Shown here in pieces: positions 20,495-28,433 of a stretch of DNA of 37,596 nt. Numbering within the stretch: the first letter of the stretch is position 1; each line of letters begins with the position of its first letter. A model generated the notes under the pieces. The model ran no database searches, was not told the origin of the DNA, and worked only from the letters and a program-made list of their open reading frames with translations. Made by a program: the position numbers and the translations under genes. The stretch comes from a virus (lineage: Duplodnaviria > Heunggongvirae > Uroviricota > Caudoviricetes), in IMG/VR virus record IMGVR_UViG_2558860170_000006; one strand, 5' to 3'.

Positions 20495-21066
20495 CGTTTT
20501 ATCGCAATCCTCAGTTGTTGTTTCAGCGCGTATGCCAGTTCTTTAGGCAGGCGTTCACGCCGGATACGGTCAACATTCTCATCAAATGCCTGTTTCAGTG
20601 GGGCCGCCATCGGGATTTTCACCACCTGAATGGGAAGGCGATTACGCTTTTTCCTTCCCTTGTCGTCATTGCCCTCCTCATATCTGGCCTGGGGAAGACG
20701 TTGCATAACATGCCAGCGCCCATTATTTAATCGCTGGATAAATGCCCGCTGATAACGATGCTGACCGGCTTTGAGTATGCTGTTCGGACGACGCCCCAGC
20801 ATTCTGATCCCCAGCTTAATCACAGGGAGATCACCGCGGTTAACGATAATTCTGGCATTCGGATTTCTGACCGTCGCCCGTTTCAGTCTGGACCGTTCCT
20901 TTACCAGTTTCCGTCTCACCCTGGTTTCCCGGGCAACCTGTGACGAAGACTGATTAATCGCCGTTGTGGCCACGCGGTTAATGGTCATTGCAGAAGCAGC
21001 CGGAATGGCGTTTTTACGAACCCGGTTCAGATTGTCAATCGCCTGATCAAGCCCTTTTATCGCCAT
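20491..21066 (-). CDS. Z: minor tail protein Z
   Basis: 191-aa ORF MAIKGLDQAIDNLNRVRKNAIPAASAMTINRVA…, lambda Z-like. Confidence 0.9.
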   Translation of the reverse strand: MAIKGLDQAIDNLNRVRKNAIPAASAMTINRVATTAINQSSSQVARETRVRRKLVKERSRLKRATVRNPNARIIVNRGDLPVIKLGIRMLGRRPNSILKAGQHRYQRAFIQRLNNGRWHVMQRLPQARYEEGNDDKGRKKRNRLPIQVVKIPMAAPLKQAFDENVDRIRRERLPKELAYALKQQLRIAIKR

Positions 21067-21080
21067 AATTCACCCTGCGT

Positions 21081-21155
21081 TTATCGTCGCCGGTTAACTG
21101 CGGGTGGTTGCCCACGGTTGAGCCAGAGATAACAGCTGCCCCCGTCATCCGGAGA
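21081..21155 (-). pseudogene. FII: head-tail joining protein FII, 3' remnant (last ~24 codons)
   Basis: Minus strand encodes SPDDGGSCYLWLNRGQPPAVNRRR*, matching the lambda FII C-terminus; the frame breaks exactly where the IS21-family end begins. Confidence 0.7.
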
Positions 21156-21256
21156 TGTCAGCGCCAGTGATATAAGACGGTAATTCGCCATTTGGATTGT
21201 CCGCTCCACCCAACATGTTGTTTCCTTAAGGTTCTCACACCAGAAAGGACATCAAC

Positions 21257-22429
21257 ATGCTGAGCAGAGAGGACTTTTACATGATAAAGCAAATGCGCCA
21301 GCAGGGCGCGTACATCGTCGATATTGCGACTCAGATTGGTTGCTCTGAACGGACGGTCAGACGCTACCTCAAATACCCTGAACCGCCAGCCAGAAAGACC
21401 CGCCACAAAATGGTTAAGCTGAAACCGTTTATGGATTACATCGACATGCGCCTGGCAGAGAATGTCTGGAATAGCGAGGTTATCTTCGCGGAGATTAAGG
21501 CAATGTGTTATACGGGCGGACGTTCCATGCTGCGTTACTACATCCAGCCCAAACGTAAAATGCGTCCGTCAAAAAGAACAGTTCGCTTCGAAACTCAGCC
21601 TGGATACCAGCTCCAGCATGACTGGGGCGAAGTTGAGGTGGAGGTTGCCGGGCAACGGTGCAAAGTTAACTTTGCGGTTAATACGCTGGGGTTCTCCCGC
21701 AGCTTCCATGTCTTCGCCGCACCAAAACAGGATGCTGAGCATACCTACGAATCACTGGTTCGCGCCTTCCGCTACTTCGGTGGTTGTGTGAAAACGGTGC
21801 TGGTTGATAACCAGAAGGCTGCGGTGCTGAAGAATAACAACGGGAAAGTCGTGTTCAACTCCGGATTCCTGTTGCTGGCTGACCACTATAACTTCCTGCC
21901 ACGGGCATGCCGTCCACGCAGGGCCAGAACAAAAGGTAAGGTTGAGCGGATGGTGAAATACCTCAAGGAGAACTTCTTCGTCCGGTACCGCAGGTTCGAC
22001 AGCTTCACTCATGTCAATCAACAACTGGAGCAATGGATAGCCGATGTGGCTGACAAACGGGAGCTTCGCCAGTTCAAAGAAACGCCGGAACAGCGCTTCG
22101 CGCTGGAGCAGGAACATCTGCAGCCGTTACCGGATACAGACTTCGATACCAGTTACTTCGATATCCGCCATGTGTCCTGGGACAGCTATATCGAGGTTGG
22201 TGGTAATCGTTACAGCGTTCCCGAAGCGCTGTGTGGTCAGCCGGTATCGATACGAATATCGCTGGATGACGAGTTGCGGATCTACAGTAATGAGAAACTG
22301 GTGGCCTCACATCGCCTCTGTTCAGCATCGTCTGGCTGGCAGACAGTGCCGGAGCATCACGCCCCGCTCTGGCAGCAGGTCAGTCAGGTGGAACATCGAC
22401 CACTGAGTGCCTATGAGGAGCTGTTGTGA
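21257..22429 (+). CDS. istA: IS21-family transposase IstA
   Basis: 390-aa ORF with N-terminal HTH and DDE region (…QLQHDWGEVEV…VLVDNQKAAV…TKGKVERMVKYLK…). Confidence 0.9.
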   Translation: MLSREDFYMIKQMRQQGAYIVDIATQIGCSERTVRRYLKYPEPPARKTRHKMVKLKPFMDYIDMRLAENVWNSEVIFAEIKAMCYTGGRSMLRYYIQPKRKMRPSKRTVRFETQPGYQLQHDWGEVEVEVAGQRCKVNFAVNTLGFSRSFHVFAAPKQDAEHTYESLVRAFRYFGGCVKTVLVDNQKAAVLKNNNGKVVFNSGFLLLADHYNFLPRACRPRRARTKGKVERMVKYLKENFFVRYRRFDSFTHVNQQLEQWIADVADKRELRQFKETPEQRFALEQEHLQPLPDTDFDTSYFDIRHVSWDSYIEVGGNRYSVPEALCGQPVSIRISLDDELRIYSNEKLVASHRLCSASSGWQTVPEHHAPLWQQVSQVEHRPLSAYEELL

Positions 22430-22975
22430 TGCATGAACTGGAAGTCCTGCTGAGTCGCCTGAAAATGGAGCATCTGAGTTATCACGTTGAAAGCCTGCTG
22501 GAACAGGCAGCTAAAAAAGAGCTGAACTACCGGGAGTTCCTGTGCATGGCGCTACAGCAGGAATGGAACGGCAGGCATCAGCGCGGTATGGAGTCCAGGC
22601 TGAAGCAGGCTCGTCTGCCGTGGGTCAAAACGCTGGAGCAGTTCGACTTTACCTTCCAGCCGGGCATCGACCGTAAGGTTGTCCGGGAACTGGCTGGTCT
22701 GGCGTTCGTGGAGCGCAGCGAAAACGTGATCCTGCTGGGCCCTCCTGGTGTCGGAAAAACTCATCTGGCCATAGCTCTTGGCGTGAAAGCGGTGGATGCG
22801 GGACATCGGGTACTGTTTATGCCACTGGACAGACTGATCGCGACACTGATGAAAGCGAAACAGGAAAACCGGCTGGAGCGTCAGCTACAGCAACTGAGTT
22901 ATGCCCGGGTGTTGATCCTGGATGAAATAGGCTATCTGCCGATGAACAGAGAGGAAGCCAGTCTGTTCTTCCGGC
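22426..22975 (+). pseudogene. istB: IS21-family helper ATPase IstB, truncated by IS600
   Basis: Walker A GPPGVGKTH and Walker B LILDEIGY present; the frame ends at the IS600 boundary after …EEASLFFR; the expected ~80 C-terminal codons are not found downstream of IS600. Confidence 0.85.
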
Positions 22976-23039
22976 TGAGGTAGCCTGAGTTTAACGGACA
23001 CTCCTTCCTGAAATAGAATGGCATCAGAAGGAGCTAATA

Positions 23040-23342
23040 ATGAGCAGAAAAACCCAACGTTACTCTAAAGAGTTCAAAGCCGAAGCTGTCAGAACGGTTC
23101 TTGAAAATCAACTTTCGATCAGTGAAGGCGCTTCCCGATTATCTCTTCCTGAAGGCACTTTAGGACAATGGGTTACCGCCGCCAGAAAAGGGCTCGGTAC
23201 TCCTGGTTCCCGCACGGTGGCTGAACTGGAATCTGAAATTCTGCAACTGCGTAAGGCGTTAAATGAAGCTCGCCTTGAGCGAGATATATTAAAAAAAGCA
23301 ACAGCGTATTTTGCACAGGAGTCGCTGAAAAATACGCGTTAA
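23040..23342 (+). CDS. IS600 OrfA
   Basis: 100-aa ORF MSRKTQRYSKEFKAEAVRTVLENQLSISEGASRLSLPEGTLGQWV…; A-run (AAAAAAAG) near its 3' end fits an IS3-type -1 frameshift into orfB. Confidence 0.9.
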   Translation: MSRKTQRYSKEFKAEAVRTVLENQLSISEGASRLSLPEGTLGQWVTAARKGLGTPGSRTVAELESEILQLRKALNEARLERDILKKATAYFAQESLKNTR

Positions 23343-23377
23343 TCGAACAATGGCGACAACAATTTCCCATTGAAGCG

Positions 23378-24196
23378 ATGTGTCAGGTATTTGGTGTATC
23401 CAGGAGCGGTTATTACAACTGGGTACAGCATGAACCCTCAGACAGAAAACAAAGTGATGAGCGGCTAAAACTGGAGATTAAGGTGGCACATATCCGCACT
23501 CGCGAAACATATGGAACCCGGCGGCTCCAGACGGAGCTGGCAGAGAATGGCATCATCGTTGGTCGTGACCGACTGGCACGTCTTCGTAAGGAGCTAAGGC
23601 TACGCTGTAAGCAGAAACGCAAGTTCAGAGCGACTACGAACTCGAACCACAATCTGCCAGTTGCGCCAAATCTGCTGAACCAGACGTTCGCTCCTACAGC
23701 ACCAAATCAGGTCTGGGTGGCGGACCTGACGTATGTTGCCACACAGGAGGGATGGTTGTACCTCGCTGGCATCAAAGATGTTTATACGTGCGAAATTGTC
23801 GGCTACGCCATGGGAGAGCGCATGACAAAAGAGCTGACAGGTAAAGCCCTGTTTATGGCGCTCAGGAGCCAGCGCCCACCTGCCGGGCTAATCCACCACT
23901 CTGATCGAGGTTCACAGTACTGCGCATACGATTACCGGGTCATACAGGAGCAGTCTGGTCTGAAAACATCAATGTCGCGTAAAGGTAACTGTTACGACAA
24001 CGCTCCGATGGAAAGCTTCTGGGGAACGCTGAAAAATGAGAGCCTGAGCCACTATCGTTTTAATAACCGGGATGAAGCCATCTCAGTAATACGGGAATAC
24101 ATTGAGATTTTCTACAATCGTCAGCGTCGTCACTCTCGTCTGGGGAATATCTCCCCGGCAGCCTTCAGGGAAAAATATCATCAGATGGCTGCTTAA
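23378..24196 (+). CDS. IS600 OrfB (DDE transposase catalytic part)
   Basis: 272-aa ORF with IS3-family DDE integrase-like sequence (…VWVADLTYV…HHSDRGSQY…YDNAPMESFWGTLK…). Confidence 0.9.
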   Translation: MCQVFGVSRSGYYNWVQHEPSDRKQSDERLKLEIKVAHIRTRETYGTRRLQTELAENGIIVGRDRLARLRKELRLRCKQKRKFRATTNSNHNLPVAPNLLNQTFAPTAPNQVWVADLTYVATQEGWLYLAGIKDVYTCEIVGYAMGERMTKELTGKALFMALRSQRPPAGLIHHSDRGSQYCAYDYRVIQEQSGLKTSMSRKGNCYDNAPMESFWGTLKNESLSHYRFNNRDEAISVIREYIEIFYNRQRRHSRLGNISPAAFREKYHQMAA

Positions 24197-24335
24197 AAAA
24201 AGAACAAATGGTAGTGTCCGCTATTGCCAGTACACCTCAGTTAGTCAGCTTCTTATCGAACTTGAGCTGAAGGATCTTAAAACAAGTTTCCATAGTGCTC
24301 CTGGATTTTCTCTTTTTGGACATTGACGTCTCCAC

Positions 24336-24367
24336 TGGTTTAAACACGGCAATGGAGACTGTGGTGA
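24336..24367. promoter_or_regulatory. near-perfect palindrome, operator-like
   Basis: GTCTCCACTGG-TTTAAACACGG-CAATGGAGAC; 10-bp arms with one mismatch. Confidence 0.25.
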
Positions 24368-24418
24368 AAAGAGTTAATTCCCGGAGTGACTGGCGAATTC
24401 CAATCAATGATCGGAAGT

Positions 24419-24534
24419 ATGCCAAATCGTGATCGATTGTGATGCCAAACTGTGATCGGAGATGGATGCCAAATCATGATCGATTCGAATGCCAAACTGC
24501 GATCGATTCAGATGCCATTTTGCAATCAGCGCCA
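24419..24534 (+). repeat. five tandem ~23-bp direct repeats (iteron-like), four carrying GATC
   Basis: ATGCCAAATCGTGATCGATTGTG / ATGCCAAACTGTGATCGGAGATGG / ATGCCAAATCATGATCGATTCGA / ATGCCAAACTGCGATCGATTCAG / ATGCCATTTTGCAATCAGCGCC; period 23-24 bp, so not coding. Confidence 0.7.
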
Positions 24535-24629
24535 GAACAGCAGCTGACAGGCCGTATTTGATTTTTGCGCTCATGGATATTTATCAGGATGCTACCAATG
24601 AAAGATACTGGAAAGCCAACTGCAAAAAG

Positions 24630-24944
24630 CTAACAACCCGTAATCGAGTTATCAGAACTGTTAATTTTTATGGTATACCGCGCCTCTGAACAGGGGCGCG
24701 TTTCTGGCAACAGCTCGTCCCCTTCACATAACCCGGCAGCAACATCCAAGAAGACCTGTCTGATGCTCCTTCTGGCTGCTGCCTCATAAAACTCCAGCGC
24801 GGCACCTTCAACACGGTCCAGCGAGATGTCCAGGTCAAAAATTTCACCGTCAAAGCGTTTTTTGTCCCGTAACGCTAAAGTTACCGTAACTTTATTCTCA
24901 AAATTGCGGATCCCTTTCACAATCAGTTCATAGTTTTGAGTCAT
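24630..24944 (-). CDS. hypothetical protein in the position normally held by the endolysin
   Basis: 104-aa ORF starting 5 nt after the holin stop; no lysozyme or transglycosylase motif seen. Confidence 0.4.
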   Translation of the reverse strand: MTQNYELIVKGIRNFENKVTVTLALRDKKRFDGEIFDLDISLDRVEGAALEFYEAAARRSIRQVFLDVAAGLCEGDELLPETRPCSEARYTIKINSSDNSITGC

Positions 24945-24948
24945 TGAA

Positions 24949-25164
24949 TTACTCTCCCCGTGCAGCCTTACGACGGTCCTCTCTGATTTTGAAATACAGG
25001 TTAGTCAGATATGTCAGCAGCCCAAACAGCAGACTCCCCAGCACGCCTATTGCCGCCCACTGAGACGGGGAAACCCTGTCCAGCAACTGCAGGAACCAGT
25101 AGCCCGTTCCCACCGCTGACGTGGTGTATGACACACCTGTTGTGATTTTTTCCATCTGGTACAT
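24949..25164 (-). CDS. S: phage holin S (Stx-phage/lambdoid type)
   Basis: [71 protein letters not shown]; hydrophobic helices and charged C-terminus; start taken at ATG 25162-25164 rather than the longer track ORF. Confidence 0.75.
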   Translation of the reverse strand: MYQMEKITTGVSYTTSAVGTGYWFLQLLDRVSPSQWAAIGVLGSLLFGLLTYLTNLYFKIREDRRKAARGE

Positions 25165-25314
25165 ACCCCGTCTCCCGTTATCCGGAAGCTGACAACAATA
25201 AAAAAAGCCACCAGTTAAGTACTGATGGCTCTGATAACTCATGCAGGCATCTCAGACGACCCACTGACACTACCGGTGAGTTTAACGATACCTTCCATTT
25301 GGCTGGCTCACTTT

Positions 25315-27168
25315 TTATGATGATGCCGGTGCATTTATCTCCAGCACCAGACTTTCTATCTCAACGCCATACGCTGCATTTTTGGTAATATCCGTCAGCG
25401 TCAGCGCATTCAGCCCCAGTGTCAGACTGTCTTTTATGACCTGGAATGCCGGGCCAGCCACTCCATTCAGTTTCGGAGTAACCGTGGCACTGCCGGCGGT
25501 GAACACCAGCTCCAGCGTCAGCCAGTCGTTACTGTAATTCCCGAACTCGCCCAACTTTGTGTTTCCTGCTTTCTTGTGATGCATCAGATTCAGTTTGCCG
25601 TCTGTGGTCTGGGTGAAGAACGACATCAGGAACGGGTTACCAGTCCCGGTCATCGCCACGACGTCAGGTAACGCTACATCGGTATACAGATAAATTCCCA
25701 GACCGAACTGGTTGTTGGTCAGTGCGCCTGACAGTCGAAACTTACAGCTCAGTCTGCCACCCCGTGTCAGCAGGGAGACTGCGTCATCCACCGGGCGCGT
25801 CAGGGACCAGGCTTTATTGCTCTGCTTGGTGATCTTAAATACACCATCTGACAACTGAACTCCGCCATTCTTAATGCTCCAGCCCTGCGCAGCAGCGTCT
25901 CCGGCTGTCGGCAACAGGGAGATTGTGCGTATGGATGCATCTTCAGACGGCCCCGATGGCGTGTCGCCGCCGGGCGAGGGTTTGATTTCCGGTGCCTTAC
26001 CACTAATGAAGGCTAAGGTGCGACCGGCTACGTTCAGAATAGCAGTTGCCATACGATCGGGAATAATGCCACGACGCGCCCATGAGCTGAAATGCGTCGG
26101 GCGATTTGATGATACCCAGTTTTTGTTCGTTCGGGATGCCGAACCGTAATAACCAGACCCGGCAATATCAGGATCTTCTGACGGGTTGTTTGTCGGTGTA
26201 TTAACTCCGCTACCATCGGTCATAAAGGGAACAAAATAAATCTGCTGGGATTCTTTACCTTTATATGCACCATATACCACTTCATATTGCGTACCGTGTT
26301 CTTGTTTCCACGCGTATGTCGTGTCGCCACAAATCCAGGGGACTGATGCCGGACTTCCACCGTGACACTGCGCCGCCAGCCCGGCAAGGTCAGCACGGAA
26401 CTGCTGTACCATTGCAAGAAATGCTGCTGGCTGCTGGGCGTAACTGGCATTCGTCATATCGAATTCCCCCTGCATCCAGCATATCGCCAGCAAAACGTTT
26501 TTCGGGTTTTTCTGCAATGCTGCCTTCGTGCGGAAAAGCAGATCCTGATATAACGGCTTACCCACTCCCCAGCGAGCCGAATCCTGACTGGCCCCCGTGG
26601 ACTCGCTGAATGTCCCCTCCGTGCCCTGGGTGAATGCCGAACCACCACAACAGCATGGTACCAGCAGGATCCCCGCATTATTAGGGATATACGGAAGCAG
26701 TTTTTTGGCAATATGTAAGCCCTGTCCGACACAGCCGTACTGCCCTTTGCTCAGGTCAGCCCGGGGATGGTTAATCGTACTCATATCCTGAACATCATGC
26801 AGACAATGGTCAGCAGGAATGATGTCGTTAAATACGCATACTTCACCACCGGGAGTCACTGTGTTACGACGGGCCAGTTGCTTAATGCGCGGATGGGGCG
26901 CATCGTATGAATCCGGAAGCGGAAGACCTTCACCGTAAGCCATGGCATTGGATTGCCCGGCCAGTACGATGACGTAGTACCACTCCGGCTCAGTTGCACC
27001 ACTGACGACCACATCACCTTCTGCTGCAATCGCCTGCATCAGGGTATAAGGGGTTATGGCCACCGGACTACCAAACGGCTGCCAGCCCTCCTTCAGTTTT
27101 TGTGTCAGTCGTTTCGCAAGGTCTGACGGCGATGCCGCCCTGACCACGTCATAGTGTTTAAATGCCAT
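25315..27168 (-). CDS. nanS-p: NanS-p-type esterase (9-O-acetyl-neuraminate esterase-like, YjhS family)
   Basis: 617-aa ORF; occupies the position directly upstream of S, as I recall for this family in lambdoid/Stx prophages. Confidence 0.8.
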   Translation of the reverse strand: MAFKHYDVVRAASPSDLAKRLTQKLKEGWQPFGSPVAITPYTLMQAIAAEGDVVVSGATEPEWYYVIVLAGQSNAMAYGEGLPLPDSYDAPHPRIKQLARRNTVTPGGEVCVFNDIIPADHCLHDVQDMSTINHPRADLSKGQYGCVGQGLHIAKKLLPYIPNNAGILLVPCCCGGSAFTQGTEGTFSESTGASQDSARWGVGKPLYQDLLFRTKAALQKNPKNVLLAICWMQGEFDMTNASYAQQPAAFLAMVQQFRADLAGLAAQCHGGSPASVPWICGDTTYAWKQEHGTQYEVVYGAYKGKESQQIYFVPFMTDGSGVNTPTNNPSEDPDIAGSGYYGSASRTNKNWVSSNRPTHFSSWARRGIIPDRMATAILNVAGRTLAFISGKAPEIKPSPGGDTPSGPSEDASIRTISLLPTAGDAAAQGWSIKNGGVQLSDGVFKITKQSNKAWSLTRPVDDAVSLLTRGGRLSCKFRLSGALTNNQFGLGIYLYTDVALPDVVAMTGTGNPFLMSFFTQTTDGKLNLMHHKKAGNTKLGEFGNYSNDWLTLELVFTAGSATVTPKLNGVAGPAFQVIKDSLTLGLNALTLTDITKNAAYGVEIESLVLEINAPASS

Positions 27169-27361
27169 GAATCCTCCCGGCCGGGATAATATTGTGAGTA
27201 AAATAAGGAGCGGGCTGAAGTCCGGAAGTTACAGGACAATGGCAGAAGAGAGACGACAGCCCGCAATTCGAAAAAGACCGCGCAGTTGCGCAGAGTGATT
27301 ACTATGGGGTATTATTCGCCAGCTGAAATATTACTTCACGTTTTATTGTTTATTCCTTGCC

Positions 27362-27390
27362 GCCCGCGTCTCCCAGCGCGGGCTTTTTTT
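27362..27390 (+). terminator. rho-independent terminator (plus strand)
   Basis: GCCCGCG-TCTCCCA-GCGCGGGC hairpin followed by TTTTTTT. Confidence 0.5.
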
Positions 27391-27395
27391 GCCCA

Positions 27396-27697
27396 CAAGA
27401 AAACCCCTCCGGAGAGGGGCTAAAGCCGCGTATCTGTATCATCATGCACATGGTGCCGGGTGCCTCCCGGTGAGTTCAGCCCGGTGCCACTAAACCCGCG
27501 TCATTCTCGTTTTGATAATCAGAGATTATACCGTCACCAGTCGCCCCTCCGCTCAGGGGGATTCACCATGCGAAATTTTTTTAACAAATGCCCAGTCTGA
27601 CAGGCAACTGTCAACTTACTGAATTGTGAGCAACATAGCATTTAACGGGGAACCTGTTTTCTGCAGTAAAAAGGCCCACCGGAGCGGATGGGCCTGG
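27396..27697 (-). repeat. non-coding module U1 (paralogue of U2); candidate small transcription unit
   Basis: Bounded by minus-strand terminators (GGCCCATCCGCTCCGGTGGGCC+T5 at 27668-27694; CCCCTCTCCGGAGGGG+TTTTCTT at 27396-27419); shares conserved blocks with U2; internal TATAAT on the minus strand. Confidence 0.5.
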
Positions 27698-27886
27698 AAG
27701 GATAGCGGTCATGTGATGCCGGTTTCCCGGTAACTCAGCACCGGTATCTGAGTCAACGTTTTCTCTACTGGGTCATTTCCGATACGCCCTGCCTGCTGAC
27801 AGGCTTTCATCACATCTGAAAATATAGCACCCTGACTGATACTGTAGTACCTAAGGTTCCAGAAACTGTGATGTATCCGGCACAGA

Positions 27887-28129
27887 AAAGCCCCTCCGGA
27901 GAGGGCTGGAGAGTGGCGCTATGTGCCATTGCATGATGCCGGGTGCCTCCCGGTGAATTCAGTACCAGCACCTGAATCCGCGATTATCCCATATACCTAC
28001 TCGCTGATTGCCCCTCCGCACAGGGGGATTCACCATGCCAGTTTCTTTTAACAAACTCCCCGCAAAACAGACAACTGTCAACCGTCTGAATTGTGAGACA
28101 TTTAAAAAAAAGGCCCGCAAAAGCGAGCC
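27887..28129 (-). repeat. non-coding module U2 (paralogue of U1), directly downstream of the tRNA cluster
   Basis: Minus-strand terminators at 28104-28129 (hairpin + T8) and 27887-27907; conserved blocks GCCGGGTGCCTCCCGGTGA, CAGGGGGATTCACCATG, CAACTGTCAAC, CTGAATTGTGAG. Confidence 0.5.
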
Positions 28130-28143
28130 AGGGAAAATAAGTG

Positions 28144-28220
28144 TGGCGCGTTGTACTGGATTCGAACCAGTGACCGATTGCTTAGAAGGCAATTGCTCTG
28201 TCCGGCTGAGCTAACAACGC
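28144..28220 (-). tRNA. argO: tRNA-Arg (anticodon TCT)
   Basis: GCGTTGTTAGCTCAGCCGGACAGAGCAATTGCCTTCTAAGCAATCGGTCACTGGTTCGAATCCAGTACAACGCGCCA; 7-bp acceptor stem, encoded CCA. Confidence 0.85.
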
Positions 28221-28233
28221 ATGATGCAGATAA

Positions 28234-28310
28234 TGGACCGCCATCGGGGACTTGAACCCCGCGCAGCCAGCTTCGAAGGCTGGCGCTCTTTCCTGATGAG
28301 CTAATGGCGG
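28234..28310 (-). tRNA. argN: tRNA-Arg (anticodon TCG)
   Basis: CCGCCATTAGCTCATCAGG…CCAGCCTTCGAAGCTGG…GGGGTTCAAGTCCCCGATGGCGGTCCA; cloverleaf-compatible. Confidence 0.8.
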
Positions 28311-28317
28311 TATGTGA

Positions 28318-28393
28318 TGGTGGCCCTTGCTGGATTTGAACCAGCGACCTGGCGATTATGAGTCGCTCGCTCTCACCACTGAGCTAAAGGGCC
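28318..28393 (-). tRNA. ileZ: tRNA with CAT anticodon, Ile2 (lysidine) type
   Basis: GGCCCTTTAGCTCAGTGGTGAGAGCGAGCGACTCATAATCGCCAGGTCGCTGGTTCAAATCCAGCAAGGGCCACCA; resembles E. coli tRNA-Ile2 as I recall it. Confidence 0.8.
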
Positions 28394-28433
28394 GGGAGCC
28401 GCATAATAACGACGCGTAATTAATTCTTCAATA

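Larger units (their letters stand above)
21156..22975 (+). mobile_element. IS21-family element, left end plus istA and 5' istB; right part absent
   Basis: Begins TGTCAGCGCCAGTGATATAAGACGG…; carries istA and istB in operon arrangement; interrupted at 22975/22976 by IS600. Confidence 0.8.
22976..24239 (+). mobile_element. IS600 (IS3 family), complete 1264 bp, no target-site duplication
   Basis: Termini TGAGGTAGCCTGAG… and …GCCAGTACACCTCA shared with the two other copies; flanking triplets GGC and GTT differ. Confidence 0.9.

Noticed and set aside
24419-24534. CRISPR array
   Set aside because: The repeats are contiguous with no unique spacers between them, there are only five units, and no cas genes are present in the window.
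24240-24549. This interval as the missing istB 3' part and right end of the IS21-family element
   Set aside because: The predicted length fits to within a few bp and the interval ends in …CAGCTGACA, but none of the three plus-strand frames after IS600 is open for more than ~28 codons and the region contains a 23-bp-period repeat array, so it cannot encode the ~80 missing IstB residues.
27169-28143. Shiga toxin genes stxA/stxB in the tRNA-to-esterase interval
   Set aside because: No ORF in any frame resembles StxA or StxB; the only ORF called there (28008-28214) overlaps the tRNA-Arg gene and a terminator and is spurious.
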